Virus record (IMG/VR): IMGVR_UViG_3300032305_001156
Span: 1-27,437 of that record
Strand: one strand, 5' to 3'
Length of the DNA: 27,437 nt
Source of the DNA: a virus
Lineage: Duplodnaviria; Caudoviricetes
A program made the translations under genes and the position numbers. Numbering within the stretch: the first letter of the stretch is position 1; each line of letters starts with the position of its first letter. A model generated the notes under the pieces. It ran no database searches. It had not been told where the DNA came from and was given only the letters and a program-made list of their open reading frames with translations. Shown here one piece after another: positions 8,704-18,012 of the stretch.

Positions 8704-9660
8704 CTATTCAGCGACTGTATTTCCGTCGAGTCTATACCCTGGGCAGTTGCCTGGGTATCCACTTGAAGGTACGTTACGGCCTAGTGAAGGGCAGTAAGTC
8801 TGTGGTGAGAACGATGGGAAGAACGGTGGGAAGAATGGTGGTACGAAGTACGGTGGGAAGAATGGTGGTACGAAGTACGGTGGTACGAAGTACGGTGGGA
8901 AGAATGGTGGTACGAAGTACGGTGGTACGAAGTACGGTGGGAAGAACGGGAAGAATGGGAAGAATGGTGGGAAGAATGGGGGTACGAAGTACGGTGGGAA
9001 GAATGGGAAGAATGGGAAGAATGGTGGGAAGAATGGGGGTACGAAGTAAGGTGGGAAGACTGGTGCAATAGTAGTTACGTTATTAGATGCAGGGGATGCT
9101 GCAGAAGATCCGTTAGCATTTCTTGCAGTAACTGTATATGTCTGAGAAGTATTTCCTTCTTGTGCAACTACAACAGATGTTGAGGCTGTTGTTCCAGACT
9201 TGCCGTCAGATGATGACCAAGTGTAATCAATGATTGCAGAACCACCATTTGCTGCTGCTGACCAACTTACAGTGTCCTGATTTAATTGGGCTGTTGCTGT
9301 TGGTGCACCAAGTGTCTGTGGAACTGTTGTTACTGTAACTGCTGATGTTGCAGCACTTGCAGCAGATGTTCCTGCAGCGTTTGTTGCTGTAATTGTAAAG
9401 GTTGGATTTGCTCCAGACGCAATACCTGTTACAACAATAGGAGACGATGCTCCTGTTGCTGTTTGGCCTGTGCTTGCTGTTACTGTATAGGATGTGGCAG
9501 CAGGGGATAGTGCTGGTAGAGAAAATGCTACAGAAACTGCACCATTGTTATATGCTCTTCCAGTTCCTACGTTTGTTGCACCGCCTGCTATTGGTGCTAA
9601 TGGTTCCAAAAAGTCATTTGACGCTTGGGACTTCTTACCTATCTTTTTACCTGCTGCCAT
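8704..9660 (-). CDS. Fibronectin type III-domain virion/fibre-associated protein with Pro/Phe/Tyr-rich tail and C-x15-C motif
   Basis: Two FN3-like units (VSVAFSLP...TSYTVTAS...FTITATNAAG; TVSWSAAANGGSAIIDY...YTVTARNANG), then ([12 protein letters not shown])n and [21 protein letters not shown]; SD AGGAG. Confidence 0.8.
   Translation of the reverse strand: MAAGKKIGKKSQASNDFLEPLAPIAGGATNVGTGRAYNNGAVSVAFSLPALSPAATSYTVTASTGQTATGASSPIVVTGIASGANPTFTITATNAAGTSAASAATSAVTVTTVPQTLGAPTATAQLNQDTVSWSAAANGGSAIIDYTWSSSDGKSGTTASTSVVVAQEGNTSQTYTVTARNANGSSAASPASNNVTTIAPVFPPYFVPPFFPPFFPFFPFFPPYFVPPFFPPFFPFFPFFPPYFVPPYFVPPFFPPYFVPPYFVPPFFPPYFVPPFFPPFFPSFSPQTYCPSLGRNVPSSGYPGNCPGYRLDGNTVAE
8807..9063 (-). repeat. 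Coding tandem repeat built from 15-nt (PPYFV), 12-nt (PPFF) and 9-nt (PFF) modules
   Basis: Seven PPYFV units interspersed with PPFF/PFF; higher-order 57-nt and 42-nt duplications visible. Confidence 0.95.
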
Positions 9661-9692
9661 GTCGATCTCCTAATTTCTTATTGAATTTTGTA

Positions 9693-11114
9693 TTACGCTG
9701 TCAAGTCGCCGTAGACAACCCAAGTATTTGCTGCTCTCTTAAAGAGAGTACAAGATGACCAAGTTGTACGAAGTTTCAAGCCAGGTGTTGCGTTAACAGT
9801 TACTCCGCCTGCTCCTGCAATTGTAACCTGTCCAGTTGATGTCTGAAGGATATCAATGGAGGTTCCGACTGGGAAGTTTAGAGTTGCATCTGCTGGGATT
9901 GTAACTGTCATTGCTGAGCCAGATCCCATTTCAATCAAGTCATCTCTTTCAGTCAGTGAAGACAGTGTGTATGATGCTGACTTTTGGCTAATTGGTGTTA
10001 AAGAATCTACCTTTAATCCAAGACTAGTTGTTACTGATGCTGCAAAGTTTGCGTCATCTCCAAGTGCTGCAGCAAGTTCATCAAGAGTGTTTAGCGCTGC
10101 TGGTGCTCCAGTTAGTAGTGCATTTACCTGTGATGTTGCATCTGCGATTGCCTCTGCCTTTGCAGTTGCAATTGCTGTAGACTGTGCTGTAGATACTGGC
10201 TTGCTTGCATCTGCTGTGTTGTCAACATTACCAAGACCAAGTGAAGTCTTTGTTACTGCTGCAACCTCTGACTTAAGTGCTAGAAGTGAAGTATCTGCAA
10301 TACCATGAACAGATGTTGTGTCTGCAGAGTGAGTTGAAACTGCATCGTCTGCGTATGTCTTAGTTGCAAGGTTTGCAGTGTTTGCAATTCCGTGTACTGA
10401 AAGTGTTTCAGAGTTATGTGTTGTTACTGCTGCATCAGCATATACCTTTGTTGCTAGTGCTGATGTATCAGCGATACCATGAACACCTGTTGTATCTGCG
10501 TTGTGTGTTGAAACTGCTGTAGAAATATCAGTTGCCACTGTTGCAGAAAGTGCAAGTGCTGATGTATCAGCGATACCGTGAACAGATGTTGTATCTGAAG
10601 AGTGAGTTGTTACTGCTCCATCGGCATAAGTCTTAGTTGCAACTGTTGAATCAATATCAAATGCTTCTGATACTGCATTCCAGTCAATTCCAACTCCTGC
10701 TAGGGATGATTGATCTACTGCTGCTCCTGATACTGCTGTATCAACGTAGTCTTGTGTTGCTAGCGCTGATGTATCGGCAATACCGTGAACTGATGTTGTC
10801 TCTGCTTCGTGAGCAGAAATTGAATCTTCTGCATTTGTAACAGAAGTCTGAATTGTCGTTATAAAGTTAGCGTCATCGCCAATTGCTGCTGCTAACTCAT
10901 TTAGTGTGTTAAGTGCTGCGGGTGCACCGTCAATGATTGCTGTTAGTTCTGCTGCATTAGCAAAATATGTCAATGCTGACCAGGCTGAAGAGCCATTACC
11001 CATTTTGAACTTACTTGTATCGGTTTCAAATCCGATTTCACCTGCTGCTAGAACTGGGTTTGCAGCCGTCCATTGTGCTGCAGTACCTCTGCGCTGTTGC
11101 ATTCTTGTTGCCAT
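9693..11114 (-). CDS. Tail fibre protein (Mtd_N/hyaluronidase-type N-terminal domain, His-containing shaft repeats)
   Basis: N-term QQRRGTAAQWTAANPVLAAGEIGFETDT; two APAALNTLxELAAA motifs; five HxxxTxxVHGIAxT repeats; C-terminal beta domain ending WVVYGD. Confidence 0.85.
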   Translation of the reverse strand: MATRMQQRRGTAAQWTAANPVLAAGEIGFETDTSKFKMGNGSSAWSALTYFANAAELTAIIDGAPAALNTLNELAAAIGDDANFITTIQTSVTNAEDSISAHEAETTSVHGIADTSALATQDYVDTAVSGAAVDQSSLAGVGIDWNAVSEAFDIDSTVATKTYADGAVTTHSSDTTSVHGIADTSALALSATVATDISTAVSTHNADTTGVHGIADTSALATKVYADAAVTTHNSETLSVHGIANTANLATKTYADDAVSTHSADTTSVHGIADTSLLALKSEVAAVTKTSLGLGNVDNTADASKPVSTAQSTAIATAKAEAIADATSQVNALLTGAPAALNTLDELAAALGDDANFAASVTTSLGLKVDSLTPISQKSASYTLSSLTERDDLIEMGSGSAMTVTIPADATLNFPVGTSIDILQTSTGQVTIAGAGGVTVNATPGLKLRTTWSSCTLFKRAANTWVVYGDLTA

Positions 11115-11155
11115 ATTTTATTTCTCCTTATGGGGGCTGCCCATTTACTTATCTT

Positions 11156-11164
11156 ATTATAACA
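11156..11164 (-). promoter_or_regulatory. Extended -10 (TGTTATAAT) upstream of the tail fibre gene
   Basis: Exact TGnTATAAT about 40 nt upstream of ATG 11114; SD AAGGAG present. Confidence 0.6.
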
Positions 11165-11172
11165 CCCAATTT

Positions 11173-11622
11173 TTAATTGAAGTTATCTACTACACTACCG
11201 CCATCGAATACTACTGTCCAAGTTGTTGTACCTGGGCCACCAGCATCCAAACCTACACCCAGAGGGCTATTGAATGATCCACCTTCATAGAACTGAGATA
11301 CTATGAAACCAGTTCCATCAATTGCAGTATCGTGAATGTGCTGTGGAAGATTGTTTGTATCATCAATAGTTGCTTGGGTATACCAGGCACCATCGTAATA
11401 AAAGTTAACTCTATTTGTAGAGGTATCTAGCCACATTGTTCCATTTGTTGGTGAAGAGGGAGCAGTTGAGCCAACAGCCATTGATCTGCTATCTACATAC
11501 TCCTTGGTTGCTGCATGCTCAGCAAGAGTTGGTTCTCCTACTGTTACTGCGTTTCCGAATGTACCGCCGTTTGCTACGACTAATCCATTCTTGACCTTGA
11601 AGTCTTTGCTGTCTGTTGTCAT
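11173..11622 (-). CDS. Small tail-fibre-associated structural protein
   Basis: N-term KDFKVKNGLVV shared with 11653-14082; AATKEYVD and TAPSSPTNGTMWLDT...YYDGAW fibre motifs. Confidence 0.7.
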   Translation of the reverse strand: MTTDSKDFKVKNGLVVANGGTFGNAVTVGEPTLAEHAATKEYVDSRSMAVGSTAPSSPTNGTMWLDTSTNRVNFYYDGAWYTQATIDDTNNLPQHIHDTAIDGTGFIVSQFYEGGSFNSPLGVGLDAGGPGTTTWTVVFDGGSVVDNFN

Positions 11623-11652
11623 TTACTACTCCCTTTTCCCTACAAATTTTTA

Positions 11653-14082
11653 TTACTTAAGAAGTGTTCCAGATACCTTAACTGTTGAGTTGTTTGTTGG
11701 TGTAACTCTAACTCTAACATTTGTACCTGAAATATCTGCTGTTATTGTTCCTCTTGATCCATTAGTTCCAACAATTGCATATTCTGTAATTGCAATGTTG
11801 TCTGCTGAGTCTAGAGTTAATAGAATTTCTGATATTTCATTATCTGTTCCGTTGTCAATCTTAACAAGGAGTTTGGCTGAACGATAGTCTGCCTTTGCCC
11901 ACTGATAAGCAGTTCCAGCAACAGTTGCTGTTCCTGAAGAAGATGCTGCGATTTGCTTGGCTTCAGAATTTACATTTATTTCTGTAAATGCTGTTGCTCC
12001 ATCAAGTACATCATCAAGTGCTGATTGTGCTGTAGCCTCTGCTGCTGCCTGAGCATCGTCTGCTGATCCTGCTGCATCATATGCTGCAGATGTTGCAGAT
12101 AGTGCTGCAGTGTTGAAGTCTGAAATATCTGCTGAGTCTAGACCAGTTACAGAAATTGTTGCTCCTGTAATATTGATGTTTGCTCCTGCAGTTAATTCAT
12201 CTTGCTTTCCTGCTGCAATACTCTGAAGTGAGTTGATTGTTTCTGGGTCATTGTCAAGTGCTGCTGCCAATTCCTGAAGTGTATCAAGAAGTTGTGGTGC
12301 TGATCCTACAAGTGCTGCAACTGCATCATCTGCATGCTGCTCCGCTGCTGCCTGTGCAAGCCCAATTTCTGTGCTTGTCTTGTATGCTGACCAAACCTTT
12401 GTTGATGCGCTTGAGGCATCATCAATAAGAGCATCTGCATAGTTCTTTGCATCTTGCTCTGCTGTATCTGCATAATCTTCAAGATTACCTACTGCAATAG
12501 TAAGAGCATTTGAAGCAGTTAATTCTGCTGCTGCCTGAGCATCGTTTGCCTTATCAGTTGCATCTAATGCTGCTGCTGAAACTGCATCTGAGTACGCTGC
12601 TGCTGCTGATCCTGCTGAGTCATAGTTAACTGCAAGTCCATCGGCATATCCTCTTGCTGAGATGTCTGCTGCAGATGCTGAACCGTATGCATCGTATGCT
12701 TGTGCTGTTGCATCAAGTGCTCTTTGGCTTGTGAAGTATAGATTTGATCCTTCTTCAATATCAGATGTTGTGAGATCATTAATCGCATCTCCAATAGTTC
12801 CACCAACTGCTGCGATTGCTCGTGCACTTGTGAAGTATAGGTTATCTTGTCCCTCTTCAATTGCATCTGTATCAAGAGCATCTACTGCTGAATCTACGTA
12901 GTTCTCTGTTGCAAGAACATCTGCACCCCACTTAACATCAGAACCTGCTGCTGGTGTAAGAACAATATGAGAATCAGAATTGATTGTCATTGCTCCTGCG
13001 CCAGTGAAGTTAAGTGTATCTCCAATGGTCTTATTTGTTAATGTTTGTGTGTTGGTTGTTCCAACTACTGCACCAGTTGCACCGTGGGCTGCTGTTAGAT
13101 CTGCGTGATCTTCAAGGTCTGACCCTGCTGCAAGTGCTGCTGCATCTGCTGATCCTGCTGGATCGTATGCAGCGTTAGTTGCATCAAGTGCTCTTTGATT
13201 TGTGAAATATAGTCGTGAAGCATCTTCTGCTACATCTGCTGTATCAAGACCAGTTACAGAAATTACTGCACCTGTAATATCAATGTTATCGCCTGCAGTT
13301 AATGTATCCTGCTTTCCTGCTGCTACATTTTCAAGATCAGCAATGATGTCTGGATTATTCTCCAGTGCTGCTGCCAATTCCTGAAGTGTGTTTAGTGTAG
13401 AAGGTGCTGCTCCAACTAGGTTAGATACTGCTGTATCTGTGTAGTCTTCGGCTGCTGCAATTGCTTCTCCCTTTGCAGTTAAAATTGCTGAGTTACGATT
13501 TGTAACTTCTGTGTTAATTGCTGTTGTAATTGCTGAGTTACGATCTGTAACTTCAGTTGCAATCTTTCCATCTGTGTAAGAATCTGCACCTGTACGGGCT
13601 GTATTAGCCTTGGTTGTAGCATCTGCTGCTGCTGCAGAAATAGCCTCTGACTTAGCAGTTGCTGCCTTAGTTGTGGCATCTGATGCTGCTGCAGAGATAG
13701 CCTCTGACTTAGCATTTGCTGCCTTGGTTGTAGCATCTGCTGCTGCAGCGGTCTGCGCTGCGTTAGCCTTTGTAGTAGCATCTGCTGCTGCTGCGCTCTG
13801 TGCAGCATTTGCTTTTGTTGTAGCATCTGATGCTGCTGCAGACTGTGCTGCTGCTGCTGCGCCTGATACATCAAATACGCCTGACTTGATGTTTAGTTCG
13901 CCAGAGATAACTTCCATCTGTGTTGATTCAACAGATGTTACTAGTGTTTCTCCACCAATTAAATCAATAATGTATTGATCTGATGCTGATTCTGTAAGTA
14001 CCTGATTACCATTTACGGTTGCGGTTGTTCCTTCAACTACAAGACCACTTTTGATCTTGAAATTCTTATTTACTGTTGCCAT
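11653..14082 (-). CDS. Long Ala-rich tail fibre protein
   Basis: 15-aa AAAxDATTKA repeats, duplicated LVGxAPxxLxTLQELAAAL...GKQDxLTAG module, EGxxNLYFT repeats, C-terminal YRSAKLLVKI...TEYAIV domain. Confidence 0.82.
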   Translation of the reverse strand: MATVNKNFKIKSGLVVEGTTATVNGNQVLTESASDQYIIDLIGGETLVTSVESTQMEVISGELNIKSGVFDVSGAAAAAQSAAASDATTKANAAQSAAAADATTKANAAQTAAAADATTKAANAKSEAISAAASDATTKAATAKSEAISAAAADATTKANTARTGADSYTDGKIATEVTDRNSAITTAINTEVTNRNSAILTAKGEAIAAAEDYTDTAVSNLVGAAPSTLNTLQELAAALENNPDIIADLENVAAGKQDTLTAGDNIDITGAVISVTGLDTADVAEDASRLYFTNQRALDATNAAYDPAGSADAAALAAGSDLEDHADLTAAHGATGAVVGTTNTQTLTNKTIGDTLNFTGAGAMTINSDSHIVLTPAAGSDVKWGADVLATENYVDSAVDALDTDAIEEGQDNLYFTSARAIAAVGGTIGDAINDLTTSDIEEGSNLYFTSQRALDATAQAYDAYGSASAADISARGYADGLAVNYDSAGSAAAAYSDAVSAAALDATDKANDAQAAAELTASNALTIAVGNLEDYADTAEQDAKNYADALIDDASSASTKVWSAYKTSTEIGLAQAAAEQHADDAVAALVGSAPQLLDTLQELAAALDNDPETINSLQSIAAGKQDELTAGANINITGATISVTGLDSADISDFNTAALSATSAAYDAAGSADDAQAAAEATAQSALDDVLDGATAFTEINVNSEAKQIAASSSGTATVAGTAYQWAKADYRSAKLLVKIDNGTDNEISEILLTLDSADNIAITEYAIVGTNGSRGTITADISGTNVRVRVTPTNNSTVKVSGTLLK

Positions 14083-14095
14083 TTTTTATATCTCC

Positions 14096-14542
14096 TTAAG
14101 CCTTTAATCCAATTCGTGCATAACGAACTGTTATAGGTGTAATACCGCTAACTGGAGTGACTGTTAAGGCCACGGTATTTCCAGTGCGGGAGACATTAAT
14201 GGTGCCAATATTCCCATCATTGTCGATAGTGCCGTATTCGGTAACATTTACATTTGTACCGTCTACTAGGATTGTTAATTCTGTTGCATAAAACTTGTTG
14301 GCTCCTGCAGTAGTCTTTGATATTGAAACAATATACTTAACCATGCGCCAAACTGTAGCATCAAAGTTATCAACAACGGTTACGTTCTCAATTCCATTGA
14401 TTGTAGTTTCGTTGTTACCTGCAGAGCCCAAGTCTGTTGCCTGAGCAGTTGCGGTGTCGATTAGATCTACGTAATTTTCTTGAGTTGGTCTATCACCTGT
14501 TTGAAATAGACCTTTAACTCCTGCGATTGATATCTTAGCCAT
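14096..14542 (-). CDS. Structural protein related to the C-terminal domain of the long fibre
   Basis: N-term FQTGDRPTQENYVDLID; WRMVKYIVSI...TELTILVDG...TEYGTI parallels the C-terminus of 11653-14082. Confidence 0.65.
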   Translation of the reverse strand: MAKISIAGVKGLFQTGDRPTQENYVDLIDTATAQATDLGSAGNNETTINGIENVTVVDNFDATVWRMVKYIVSISKTTAGANKFYATELTILVDGTNVNVTEYGTIDNDGNIGTINVSRTGNTVALTVTPVSGITPITVRYARIGLKA

Positions 14543-14577
14543 GTCGTAATTATAACCCCTATTTTTAAATAATATTA

Positions 14578-14787
14578 TTAAAGAATGTAGTTGCTATACC
14601 CAATAATTTGTAATGGGATTGCTGGAGGATTTGTCTTTGAGTATCCAAAAACATTTACATTTGTAAACCTAACTCTGAATGGCAACAACTCAAGAACTAC
14701 TGCTTTTGGTTGCAAGTGATCTATTTTTACAGATCTTGAATCCAATTCTGTTATTTGTGCGTGTGCTAATTTATGGGTTGTTTGCAT
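14578..14787 (-). CDS. Hypothetical protein
   Basis: 69-aa ORF translationally coupled (TAATG) to the upstream gene. Confidence 0.6.
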   Translation of the reverse strand: MQTTHKLAHAQITELDSRSVKIDHLQPKAVVLELLPFRVRFTNVNVFGYSKTNPPAIPLQIIGYSNYIL

Positions 14788-15176
14788 TACTGGGTTATAT
14801 CTTCAACAATAACCATTGAGCCTTTGGCTACCGTCCAAACTCTGCCTTCAGATAGAAGTTCTGTGAGTTGTATATCGAAGATGTCTCCTGTCTGAAGAAG
14901 TCTAGATTGTGAGGATGTTAATGTAACTGTAAAACTTCCCTCAGTATCTTGAAACTCAATAGGTTGGGGAGTTAAATCTAAAATCTTTGTGCTTGTTGAA
15001 GGACGATAAATATCCATAGCAACTTGCCAATCTTCAAGAACTAGTGGCTCTCTTGCGTCATTAGTTACATAAACACGAAAGGCTGCTGAGTCACCACGGA
15101 CAACCGTCCACTTAATTTCTGGTGGAGCAGATCCAAGTGCATAAGAGTCTGTTGGTTGATTTCTAAAGGTTGCCAT
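14787..15176 (-). CDS. Baseplate upper (BppU-like) / fibre adaptor protein
   Basis: VVRGDSAAFRVYV...FTVTLTSSQS...FDIQLT...TVAKG pattern; paralog of 23646-24041. Confidence 0.6.
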   Translation of the reverse strand: MATFRNQPTDSYALGSAPPEIKWTVVRGDSAAFRVYVTNDAREPLVLEDWQVAMDIYRPSTSTKILDLTPQPIEFQDTEGSFTVTLTSSQSRLLQTGDIFDIQLTELLSEGRVWTVAKGSMVIVEDITQ

Positions 15177-15188
15177 TGTTTTATTATA

Positions 15189-15713
15189 TCACGACAAACC
15201 GTCTCTGAGTGCTCCCCAGGTACCGTTTCCTTTTGCCTCTACTATTACAATTCCCTGTACTGCTGCGTAGGCAACAATTCCAACTGCTGCAGATCCTGTG
15301 GCTGGTCTAACATTTGATAGACCTCCAGACTCTCCAACATAAAGAACCTGACCTGCACTAAAACTTTGAGTGTTTACGCCTTCCATAACTCCAGCAACTA
15401 CAACTACTCCATCTGCGCCGTTGGCTACAGGTGCTTTTAATAAACCAAGAATTGGGGCAGAGGTTGATGGCAAGGCTTTTGCAATAGTTGGTTTTGATTT
15501 AGAAGAACTATACCCAGTTGTATATACTGGAACGCCTGCTGCGATTGCAGAACCACTGTTATTTGTTACATTAATTTGAAAATATGATACTCCGTATGCT
15601 GGAAGGATTGCATCAAGAGACTCTGCTAACTTCTTAAAGTCTCCATGTACATTTACCGCTGATGTTTCCAGGGGATATTGAATTCCCGTGGCAGAAAAGT
15701 CATATGTACTCAT
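15189..15713 (-). CDS. Virion structural protein (start probably ATG 15713)
   Basis: VTNNSGSAIAAGVPVY...PILGL...VANGADGVVVVAG...AGQVLYVGESGGL, a module typical of phage cement/fibre proteins. Confidence 0.6.
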   Translation of the reverse strand: MSTYDFSATGIQYPLETSAVNVHGDFKKLAESLDAILPAYGVSYFQINVTNNSGSAIAAGVPVYTTGYSSSKSKPTIAKALPSTSAPILGLLKAPVANGADGVVVVAGVMEGVNTQSFSAGQVLYVGESGGLSNVRPATGSAAVGIVAYAAVQGIVIVEAKGNGTWGALRDGLS

Positions 15714-15737
15714 AATAAAATTATTATACACCCAGAT

Positions 15738-15767
15738 TTGACTTTTGGGTCAAAAACATGTTATACT
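15738..15767 (+). promoter_or_regulatory. Sigma70/SigA-type promoter for the lysozyme-like gene
   Basis: TTGACT (15738-15743), 18-nt spacer, TG-T-TATACT (15759-15767); -35 lies within the inverted repeat TTTGAC-N6-GTCAAA. Confidence 0.65.
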
Positions 15768-15815
15768 TGTCAGTAGACACCTACCAGGGTGTTATTGTTT
15801 TCTAAGGAGGAAACT

Positions 15816-16379
15816 ATGATTAAATTTATCGAAAGAAACAAAGAGATCATTAGCACACTCAGTATCGTGATATTAGTATCAGTTATGTCTAACTCTGCTA
15901 ATGCTGTTTCAGATCTTGATACTAAGAACAATCTTAGCCTGGAACAGGCTCAGACTTCGGAAACCACCTCGCAAGAGGTTTTTTTGGTTTCTAAGGCAAA
16001 AAAACTAGAGAGTTTTGAGAACAAGGTTTCTCTGACTGATTTAGAACTAAAAGAACTGCTTTCTCTAGTAGGGTTCAAAGGCAAAGACCTTGTTGTTGCC
16101 TGGGCAGTGGCTAAAAAAGAGTCTAATGGGCGACCATTGGCTTTTAATGGCAACCACAAGACTGGAGACTCGTCTTATGGTATGTTTCAAATCAATATGA
16201 TTGACTCTCTTGGTCCTGATCGTAGAACCAAGTTTGATCTTGAATCTAATGCTGAACTCTTCAATCCAGTCAAGAATGCAGAGATTGCATACTACATGAC
16301 AAATGGTGGGGAAGACTGGTCTTCTTGGAAGGGTATTACGCCAAGAACCAAATTTTGGATGAGTAAATTTCCTAAATAA
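15816..16379 (+). CDS. Lysozyme-like / lytic transglycosylase protein with N-terminal signal or anchor helix
   Basis: SD AAGGAGG before ATG 15816; hydrophobic IISTLSIVILVSV; AVAKKES...DSSYGMFQIN...LFNPVKNAEIA...DWSSW with catalytic Glu in ES. Confidence 0.85.
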   Translation: MIKFIERNKEIISTLSIVILVSVMSNSANAVSDLDTKNNLSLEQAQTSETTSQEVFLVSKAKKLESFENKVSLTDLELKELLSLVGFKGKDLVVAWAVAKKESNGRPLAFNGNHKTGDSSYGMFQINMIDSLGPDRRTKFDLESNAELFNPVKNAEIAYYMTNGGEDWSSWKGITPRTKFWMSKFPK

Positions 16380-16401
16380 TATAAGGGGGTTGGGCTAGCA
16401 T

Positions 16402-17304
16402 CTATTGCTGGTCCAACTCTTTTTTATTATCACTATTTGTTATAAACCTATTTTTCCAAAGTTCATACCTATCTTTATCCTTTATGCCATAACCATCAAG
16501 TTGATCAAAAGCAAAAAACTTACCAAGTCTTTCAAAACTGGCTTTTTCATATTCCCCCCAAGACGGATCTATCTCCCAATGCTTGTCTCTTGTATTCTCT
16601 CCATAGTAATGATGGTATACATAAGATTTTTTAGGGGCAATTATATACATACCCTCGCAAAAAATTCTGATAGACATTGTATGTTCTTCTCCAATAAAAT
16701 AAATATCTTTGTCGTATGGGACCTTTAGAATATACTCAGATAAACAAAAAACAAATCCAGCACAGAAGTGTCCATGGAATTCTCCATACTCAGATATATT
16801 CTTTGAATGATAGTCTGGCTTATAAAGTAATAGACTGTTATCCATTTTTATATCTACTATATTAGCGCCTTCCATTGTAGATATTACCTCATTGCCATTT
16901 TGGTTATATGTGTATGGTATTGGATATGAAGAAAAAACTATAGGTATTTTCCAAAACTTTTGACTTTCTTCATACTCTGAAATTAAAATCTCATCCCAGT
17001 TTTGAATAAACCTTGTATGTGAGTCAACTTGAAGGTAGTATTTAAAATCTAAAGAAAGGTTTTCTTGTGTTTTTAGTCTTGCGTAGCCAACACCTTTTGC
17101 TTCTGATGAAGGGACCTTTTCGTAAAAAAAATCTTTTACTCCAAAGGAACTAAAGATATCTTCTAGTTTAGGATGTATTTCATCTTGAGAAAAAACTGAT
17201 ACTACAACTCTTTCTGGATTTTTTGCACGGCGGAGAATAGAAAAAACAGTATCGACTAACTCTTTATCTTTATACGATGCAATAGAAACATATATCTTAT
17301 CCAT
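16402..17304 (-). CDS. GT60-like (Gnt1/PF11397-type) protein alpha-N-acetylglucosaminyltransferase
   Basis: IYVSIASYKD...RAKNPERV...AKGVGYAR...YYLQVDSHTRFIQNWD...LI...AGFVF...VPYD..IYFIGEE...HHY motifs characteristic of Skp1-hydroxyproline/polypeptide GlcNAc-transferases. Confidence 0.85.
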   Translation of the reverse strand: MDKIYVSIASYKDKELVDTVFSILRRAKNPERVVVSVFSQDEIHPKLEDIFSSFGVKDFFYEKVPSSEAKGVGYARLKTQENLSLDFKYYLQVDSHTRFIQNWDEILISEYEESQKFWKIPIVFSSYPIPYTYNQNGNEVISTMEGANIVDIKMDNSLLLYKPDYHSKNISEYGEFHGHFCAGFVFCLSEYILKVPYDKDIYFIGEEHTMSIRIFCEGMYIIAPKKSYVYHHYYGENTRDKHWEIDPSWGEYEKASFERLGKFFAFDQLDGYGIKDKDRYELWKNRFITNSDNKKELDQQ

Positions 17305-17314
17305 TTAAAAACCC

Positions 17315-17989
17315 TTAAGATATATCATTAAGTCTTTCATACATTTTAATAACTTTTTCGACATCTTGTAAAAAGTCAGACTCTTTATATTTTTCATAAG
17401 CATTCTTATCATGTTCGAACAATCCCCAAGAATCCAAATATACCTGATCAACCGAAGACTTTTCTAGGGCTGGATGAAGATGCTCAAGTACGACATTTTC
17501 AAAATAGTGAATTGAGTTTATCGCTTTCCCAAGATCTAGCCAGAAGTTGTCCATAAATAAATGTTTTAAGATTGGTGGTGCCATGAATCCAAGAGACTTT
17601 ATTATTTCTGATGACATAACAACGTGAGTTGGCAAAAACTCTTTTTGTATTAGATCATTTGCATAAGAAATTCCAGGCTTATTCCTTAATGGCTCTAGCA
17701 GTATCTTATCCCAACCAAATGTTCTTGGCCTGACATCATCACCTAAGAAACATATAAACTTATAAATATCGGCATACTTAGTTGCAAGGATATTGTTTGT
17801 TGCATTCATTAAAACTCTTGGATTTCTTTCATAGATAACTCCTGGAACATATGTGTATTCAGAAGTGTCGTCGTCGTCTAACCCAAAACAAATGTCGACA
17901 CCTATAGACTGTTCAAATAAAGATTGAGTTATCTCTGCAACCGCCTCTGGCCTATTCCTTGATGGAATTATAACTAGCATCTCTTTCAT
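17315..17989 (-). CDS. GT-A fold (GT2-like) glycosyltransferase
   Basis: MLVIIPSRNRP, DDDD, FLGDDVRPRTFGWD, HLFMDN, EHLH motifs. Confidence 0.8.
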   Translation of the reverse strand: MKEMLVIIPSRNRPEAVAEITQSLFEQSIGVDICFGLDDDDTSEYTYVPGVIYERNPRVLMNATNNILATKYADIYKFICFLGDDVRPRTFGWDKILLEPLRNKPGISYANDLIQKEFLPTHVVMSSEIIKSLGFMAPPILKHLFMDNFWLDLGKAINSIHYFENVVLEHLHPALEKSSVDQVYLDSWGLFEHDKNAYEKYKESDFLQDVEKVIKMYERLNDIS

Positions 17990-18012
17990 TTTGCTATGCT
18001 ATTCTTTTCATA

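Noticed and set aside
8807-9063. Short tandem repeats as a CRISPR array
   Set aside because: No unique spacers; units are 9/12/15 nt in-frame coding modules; no cas genes.
8679-9071. Plus-strand ORF (VGRMVVRST repeats) and His/Ser-rich alternative-frame ORFs at 8781-9068 and 19760-20011
   Set aside because: Shadow frames of the Pro/Phe repeats, which lack stops by composition; no SD or promoter support.
8704-9660. A complete cyclic-peptide RiPP cluster (antamanide-like)
   Set aside because: No prolyl oligopeptidase, other protease or transporter in the window, no leader/follower delimiting cores, and the tract is fused to FN3 structural domains.
12564-13978. Gln-rich alternative-frame ORFs and Ala-rich antisense ORFs
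   Set aside because: By-products of GCA/GCT-rich Ala codons in the long fibre gene.
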